From Dehalococcoidia bacterium (GTDB lineage: Bacteria > Chloroflexota > Dehalococcoidia > GIF9 > UBA5629), in assembly GCA_050011565.1 (NCBI GenBank), contig JBEKIW010000001.1, positions 416,001 to 480,000 of the forward strand: a stretch of DNA of 64,000 bases, read 5' to 3'. How positions within the stretch are numbered: the first letter of the stretch is position 1; every line of letters begins with the position of its first letter. The translations under genes and the position numbers were made by a program. Of the stretch, positions 59,074-64,000 are shown in pieces. The notes beneath the pieces were generated by a model that worked only from the letters and a program-made list of their open reading frames with translations, had not been told where the DNA came from and did no database searches.

Positions 59074-60324
59074 TTACGGGAGTGGAGGCAAATGATACTG
59101 AGAATAATATACCTCTTTGTCACCCTGAATTTGGCACTCTATGATGCCGGTCATCATTACCACAGGTGAGCCGTATGTCTGGGCACCACTGAATGCATAT
59201 TGACCGGTCGGCAGGTCGAAAGTGCCGCCGCGAATGACCTTCATGAGGGCATCGGTATCGTCCACAGTTCCGGCCTTCTGCATTGCCTGACTCAGTATAA
59301 ACAATTGAGTCGGTGTCCAAGGTATCCAGCCAGTGTAGGTAAACGAGCCGTTATGCTTATCCGCCAAGAGCCCCATCGTTTCCTGGAGCATGGCAATCTG
59401 GTCGGCGTTCAGCGGCCTATTTCTTGCCTCCCAGACTGCGCCCGATGATACTATCAAACCTTGAACAGCGTCATAGCCGGCTAGTTGGATCCAACGGGCT
59501 GGCGAAGTGATAGGGCCAGCGCAACAAATCCTCATGTCCTTGTAACCCATATCCCAGCGCTGTTTGACTATAGCCAGGGCAGCGGCAACATCCGAGGTAA
59601 AGATAAAATCGCAGCCCTCCTCTGCACACTTGGTTATGAAAGGAGCATAATTCGCTGTATTGGGTTGGGTGAACTGATGGAAATACCTTATTCCTTTTTC
59701 ATCCATCTGCTTATCCGCATTATCCCAGCCGATGCCTTTGTTAAGCACCGTATCAATAATGCCTATTTTCTTATAATTGGGGTTCACCTCGGCAATACCA
59801 AAGATATAAGCAACGACCACTTCATGGGCCGCGACGGGGAAAGCAACATAAGGCATTGTTTTAGGATCATATCCGCCGGGACCTGGGACGGCGTCAGCGC
59901 CGGTATGGCTGAAAAAGATGACCTTAGCCGGATTGGTTACGGCTTGTACAGCCTTGAAATTGGGTGTCCAGTGCCCGACGATAAATTTGCAGCCGTCCTC
60001 GTAGACGAGCTTCTTAGCCGCAGCCGAACCTCCTTCAGAGTTAGCCTGGTCATCAGCGGTAATTACGTTGAAGTTATATGTTTGATTGCTGACCTTGAAT
60101 CCTTGTCTATTGAACACCTGGAGAAAAGTGTCAACAGTCTCTTGCCCAAGCTGACCATAGCTTGCTGCAGGGCCACTCATAGCTGCACATACTCCTATGT
60201 TTATAGTGATTGGCCCTGTGGATACAGGTTCTGCAGGCGTCTTTGGTCCGCAGGCTGTGGCAATTAAGACGGACAGAATAAGCGTGGTCACTAAAATTGC
60301 TACAATATTGTACGACTTTTTCAT
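59074..60324 (-). CDS. LivJ/K-type substrate-binding lipoprotein
   Basis: Lipobox ATAC, IGV..AMSGPAASYG, DDQ, A..LV, KAGTVD. Confidence 0.85.
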   Translation of the reverse strand: MKKSYNIVAILVTTLILSVLIATACGPKTPAEPVSTGPITINIGVCAAMSGPAASYGQLGQETVDTFLQVFNRQGFKVSNQTYNFNVITADDQANSEGGSAAAKKLVYEDGCKFIVGHWTPNFKAVQAVTNPAKVIFFSHTGADAVPGPGGYDPKTMPYVAFPVAAHEVVVAYIFGIAEVNPNYKKIGIIDTVLNKGIGWDNADKQMDEKGIRYFHQFTQPNTANYAPFITKCAEEGCDFIFTSDVAAALAIVKQRWDMGYKDMRICCAGPITSPARWIQLAGYDAVQGLIVSSGAVWEARNRPLNADQIAMLQETMGLLADKHNGSFTYTGWIPWTPTQLFILSQAMQKAGTVDDTDALMKVIRGGTFDLPTGQYAFSGAQTYGSPVVMMTGIIECQIQGDKEVYYSQYHLPPLP

Positions 60325-60446
60325 CGCTTCTTAGCCCCCCTTTCTTTTTCGTTTTTGTTCATGGTCCGTTGGTTAACTAAAGCCTTCCTTCACTACCGCA
60401 GGTGCCCTCCTTTCTCCGTTTGGCGGTATGGATACAGCCACCCTGC

Positions 60447-62000
60447 TTAATATTTACCTATTTCCTCCTCAGTTACCGGCAATTCTTTTATGTCGCCCCT
60501 CTGAAATTTGATACCCAACTTTTGTATGGTTCGATATGGTGCCAGGTCTTCTGCTGATACGTCTTTCACGCTGACTTTTGCGCCCTGTTTGCGAAGGGTA
60601 TCCTGTAACAATTTTACGTCCAGCTTTTTCGGGCTTATATTTTGATTGGCTGAAAGGGCAGCGGCAACGCCTGCCGCCTGGCCGGTACAAATGCTGGGGG
60701 TGCAGTACCTTAAACCGGTTTTGGAAAACTCTCCGGATGACATTGTGGTGCCTGCACCCAGAAGGTTGTCAATTCCTTTGGATACCAGAGAACGATACGG
60801 CACATCGTGAGGAAGTATCTCATAGGCAAACCTGCCGACCGCTTCATATAGGTCAGGCGGCATGTTGTTAATAGCTACGCCGTCATCGTGGGCCTTGCCT
60901 TCTCGCATTTCGGCTATGGTTACAACATGTTCGCCCAGAATTCGATGCCCGTTACCGTTGCATGGCAGGTTTGGCAGTCTCTCAATATAGGAGTTCTCGA
61001 AGCCGGGAACATTCTCCTTCACTACCTTGTGTACTGCAAAAGCCTGCCTCCTCATGTCTATTTCGCAATCGGTAAGCACCTCGGTCATCAGGCCGTTCTT
61101 GCCTTGCTCCACGCGGTAAATTGGGTTCATGACATATATCCTGCCGCCGTTAAATACATCAAACGTCGGTGCCAGAATTACGGATTCTCCTTTAATGTAA
61201 GCCCCTGCTTCCTTGGCTTTGGCTATGAATTTTCTGCCGACATACATTTCACCCCATTCGGGCATGTTCTTTTCCTGGAATGACCTGTACTTTTTCATGT
61301 CCACTCCGCCGATGAAAAAGGCATTCAGCATGCCGCCCGGCGCACCCTTGCGGGGACCTATAGGGAATCCATGATCACCCATAACAGGCGCTCCACATTT
61401 CCAGGCTATATCGCCCTCGCCGGTGGTGTCAATGATGACTTTCCCCAGGACAGCTCGTGCCCCCTCCTTGGTTTCGAGGATAACGCCTTTCAAAGTGTTG
61501 CCCTCTCTTATAGCTCCTGTGGCAAAGGCGTGTAAGAACAGCCTGACATTAGCTTCTTTCATCATTGTGTCGAGGATGAATTTGTAGTATTCTGCATCGA
61601 AGCTAATACCCCAGGGGCCCCAATAGCCCACCTCGGTTTCCAGGAAACGTTTGGGTAGATTATCCGCGCCTACTGCAGCTATGATTCCTTTCTTAAGTCT
61701 GCCTCTCTCCCAGCTTGCCAGGTCATTTGCATTCTTTACTGCCCCTTCCTTCTTGAGGCGGTCAAGGATCTCCAGCATTATCCCACCATGTATTGCGGGA
61801 TCGACGAAGGCGAAAGTTGGATTGTTGCCCTGTGTTTGCAGCCCGCCCAAGCAGTTGAACCGTTCTATAAGAACCGTCCTGGCGCCGACCTTGCCGGACG
61901 CCAATGCTGCTCCAATGCCAGCCGGTCCTCCTCCAACGACAACAACATCCGCTTCATAAAGTACTGGAATTTCCCTGGCCTTTTCTTTAACTGTCTTCAT
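60447..62000 (-). CDS. FAD-dependent oxidoreductase
   Basis: DVVVVGGGPAG, LIER..LGG, IDTTGEGD, VPYRSLV...NLLGAG, TGQAAGVAAA. Confidence 0.9.
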   Translation of the reverse strand: MKTVKEKAREIPVLYEADVVVVGGGPAGIGAALASGKVGARTVLIERFNCLGGLQTQGNNPTFAFVDPAIHGGIMLEILDRLKKEGAVKNANDLASWERGRLKKGIIAAVGADNLPKRFLETEVGYWGPWGISFDAEYYKFILDTMMKEANVRLFLHAFATGAIREGNTLKGVILETKEGARAVLGKVIIDTTGEGDIAWKCGAPVMGDHGFPIGPRKGAPGGMLNAFFIGGVDMKKYRSFQEKNMPEWGEMYVGRKFIAKAKEAGAYIKGESVILAPTFDVFNGGRIYVMNPIYRVEQGKNGLMTEVLTDCEIDMRRQAFAVHKVVKENVPGFENSYIERLPNLPCNGNGHRILGEHVVTIAEMREGKAHDDGVAINNMPPDLYEAVGRFAYEILPHDVPYRSLVSKGIDNLLGAGTTMSSGEFSKTGLRYCTPSICTGQAAGVAAALSANQNISPKKLDVKLLQDTLRKQGAKVSVKDVSAEDLAPYRTIQKLGIKFQRGDIKELPVTEEEIGKY

Positions 62001-62117
62001 AACTCACTTTCCTCTCTGAACCAAAATATATATTGTCCTCGACCGTTTCTATTAATTTGCATTTAATGATGACCTCACCAATTTCAGTATAAACTTCTTT
62101 AAAAATGTCATCTCCTT

Positions 62118-62268
62118 TGATTGACCGGGTATCGTCAATAATCAGGCATTACTGACTGACTAATCGGCCACATTTGCGGTAAATCTATCATTAGGCAATG
62201 ATTGTGTCAAGGGATTTTGGTTATGATCATTGACAATCATTTGCCACAGATTTATATTGGTTGTCAAT
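62118..62268. promoter_or_regulatory. divergent promoter region with ATTGAC/GTCAAT inverted repeats (candidate operators)
   Basis: ATTGAC-8 nt-GTCAAT near 62120-62139; ATTGACAATCA...TGGTTGTCAAT at 62228-62268. Confidence 0.4.
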
Positions 62269-62417
62269 AAGAGCAATGAGCGTGGGGACGCCTCATTGTG
62301 AATTGAAGCGGGAAATGTCGACTAAAAATCACAAGTGTACTATCAGCCTGTAAAACGATAAGTCAGTAAATAGACTAATATCCAACTAAAAAACACAGAG
62401 CTGATGAAAGGGGAAGT

Positions 62418-64000
62418 ATGAATATCGGCGCTCTATTACAGGACAACGTCAACAGATTCGGGGAATACGAGATGATCCACTTCGAGGGGCGGTGGTATAC
62501 GAATACTGAACTAAACCGCACGGCAAACAAACTTGGCAATGCACTCAGGTCACTTGGCATTAAAAAAGGAGACCGAGTAGCAGTGCAGATTCCCAACATC
62601 CCGCCGGTATTCTCTACCTTCCCTGCTATATATAGGGCAGGTGGTGTAGTAGTGCCTATGAACCCACTGCTGCGTCCCGACCAGGGTGCCTACATATACC
62701 GCGACAGCGGTATCAAAGCCTTGATCACCAGCTCGGACTATCTGGGATGGGTTCTAGACGCACAGAAACAGACTCCCGAACTGGAACATATTATCGTGAC
62801 AGACAAAGATGGAGTCCCCGGTACCGTCTCCTACAATGAGATGATGTTGCAGAGTTCAGACGAAATGGAAATGGAGGAAACCGACAACGATGATTTAGCT
62901 GCGTTAATATATACTGCAGGAACTACAGGACGGCCTAAAGGGGTAATGCACACCCACTATTCCCTCTATATCAATGCCCTGTCATTCTATGAATATGTTC
63001 TTATCCACACACCGCTGACTGTTCAGCAAACAATCTATACCTTAGACCCCAAGACACTTGAGCGCACCGAAGAAGTTGTATGGGTTACAGGTGCCAGCAG
63101 GAGCACGATAGCCCTGAGTGTGCTGCCGCTGTCTCATTCCTATGGTATTGCATTTAATCTGGGGGGATCTTTCGTTGGTGGGAAGTCGATCGTACTCAAG
63201 TGGTGGAATGTAGAGGAAGCCATCAAGGCGATTCAGAAATTTAAGGTTACATTCATGGCAGGGGTACCCACCATGTATGTTCAGATACTGGACTACCCCG
63301 AAATAGACAAGTACGATTTAAGTTCACTTATAGCCTGTAACTCCGGAGGATCAACGCTGTCAGCTGAAATTGGTCTCAGGTGGAAGGAAAAGTTTGGAAT
63401 CGATATAAGAGAAGGCTGGGGATTAACCGAATCAGGAGCTACAACTACGGGGCAACCCTTTGATCGGCCGCCTAAATACGGTTCCATCGGCAAGAATATA
63501 GTAAGATGCAACGTTGTCAAAATCTTTGACGACAACCATAAAGAGTTGCCGCCAGGACAGACAGGCGAAATCGTGGTCAAAGGCCCAACTTTGATGAAAG
63601 GCTATTGGAATCTGCCTGATGAGACAGCCCAGGCTATCCGAGATGGCTGGCTACATACTGGCGACGTAGGTTATAAGGATGAAGATGGCTATATATATAT
63701 CACCGACCGCAAGAAGGACATAATAATCCGTGGAGGTGAGAATGTATCACCTCGGGAGGTAGAGGAAATTCTTTGCCAGCATTCCAAAGTTGTCGAGGCA
63801 GGAATTATTGGCATACCTGATAAGGTCTACGGCGAAGAGATAAAAGCTTTCGTGGTGCTTAAGCCGGGAGAGGAAGCTAACGAAAAGGAGATAATTGCCT
63901 TTTGCAAAGAACGTCTACCTGGCTTTAAGACGCCGAAGAAAGTCCAATTCATAGACGCGCTGCCCAAGAATCTTCTAGGCAAGTTGCTGAGAGCAGAACT
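62418..64000 (+). CDS. long-chain fatty acid-CoA ligase (AMP-forming); runs off window end
   Basis: Manual translation MNIGALLQDN...YTAGTTGRPKG...EGWGLTE...GWLHTGDVG...DRKKDIIIRGGENV...LPKNLLGK; GGGGAAG RBS. Confidence 0.93.
   Translation, partial: MNIGALLQDNVNRFGEYEMIHFEGRWYTNTELNRTANKLGNALRSLGIKKGDRVAVQIPNIPPVFSTFPAIYRAGGVVVPMNPLLRPDQGAYIYRDSGIKALITSSDYLGWVLDAQKQTPELEHIIVTDKDGVPGTVSYNEMMLQSSDEMEMEETDNDDLAALIYTAGTTGRPKGVMHTHYSLYINALSFYEYVLIHTPLTVQQTIYTLDPKTLERTEEVVWVTGASRSTIALSVLPLSHSYGIAFNLGGSFVGGKSIVLKWWNVEEAIKAIQKFKVTFMAGVPTMYVQILDYPEIDKYDLSSLIACNSGGSTLSAEIGLRWKEKFGIDIREGWGLTESGATTTGQPFDRPPKYGSIGKNIVRCNVVKIFDDNHKELPPGQTGEIVVKGPTLMKGYWNLPDETAQAIRDGWLHTGDVGYKDEDGYIYITDRKKDIIIRGGENVSPREVEEILCQHSKVVEAGIIGIPDKVYGEEIKAFVVLKPGEEANEKEIIAFCKERLPGFKTPKKVQFIDALPKNLLGKLLRAE

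Overview
64 kb of a bacterial chromosome whose gene content suggests Chloroflexota/Dehalococcoidia (inferred, not searched). It has five parts. (1) 1-5.7 kb: a Trp T-box-controlled trpE-G-D-C-F-DAHP synthase operon. (2) 5.7-19.5 kb: an accessory region abutting the 3' ends of tRNA-Gln/tRNA-Leu. It holds a PAS kinase/response regulator pair, four paralogous lipoproteins with a constant N-terminus and swapped C-termini, a triplicated ~170-bp upstream block, two near-identical dodecins, RNB, CorA, a Hint-domain lipoprotein and several unannotated small membrane proteins. (3) 19.7-25.7 kb: housekeeping genes (plsY, pyrE, lepB, glnA, 4 tRNAs). (4) 25.7-50.8 kb: an island running from tRNA-Val plus a tyrosine integrase to a tRNA-Thr 3' fragment. 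It carries a ~670-bp inverted array of helically phased 11-bp boxes, an M.PvuII-like methylase-HerA-NurA operon converging on an SbcD/SbcC-like pair, and gene remnants (MmeI-type, archaellin-like, IS21-like end). (5) 50.9-64 kb: an anaerobic catabolic cluster with an atypical glycyl-radical enzyme and activase, a Liv-type ABC transporter, an FAD oxidoreductase and acyl-CoA ligases. The best candidates for novelty are the MTase-HerA-NurA(+SbcCD-like) module, the phased repeat array, the modular lipoprotein cassette system, the tRNA-overlapping integrase and the glycyl-radical enzyme. All family calls come from motif recognition by eye; no database searches were run.
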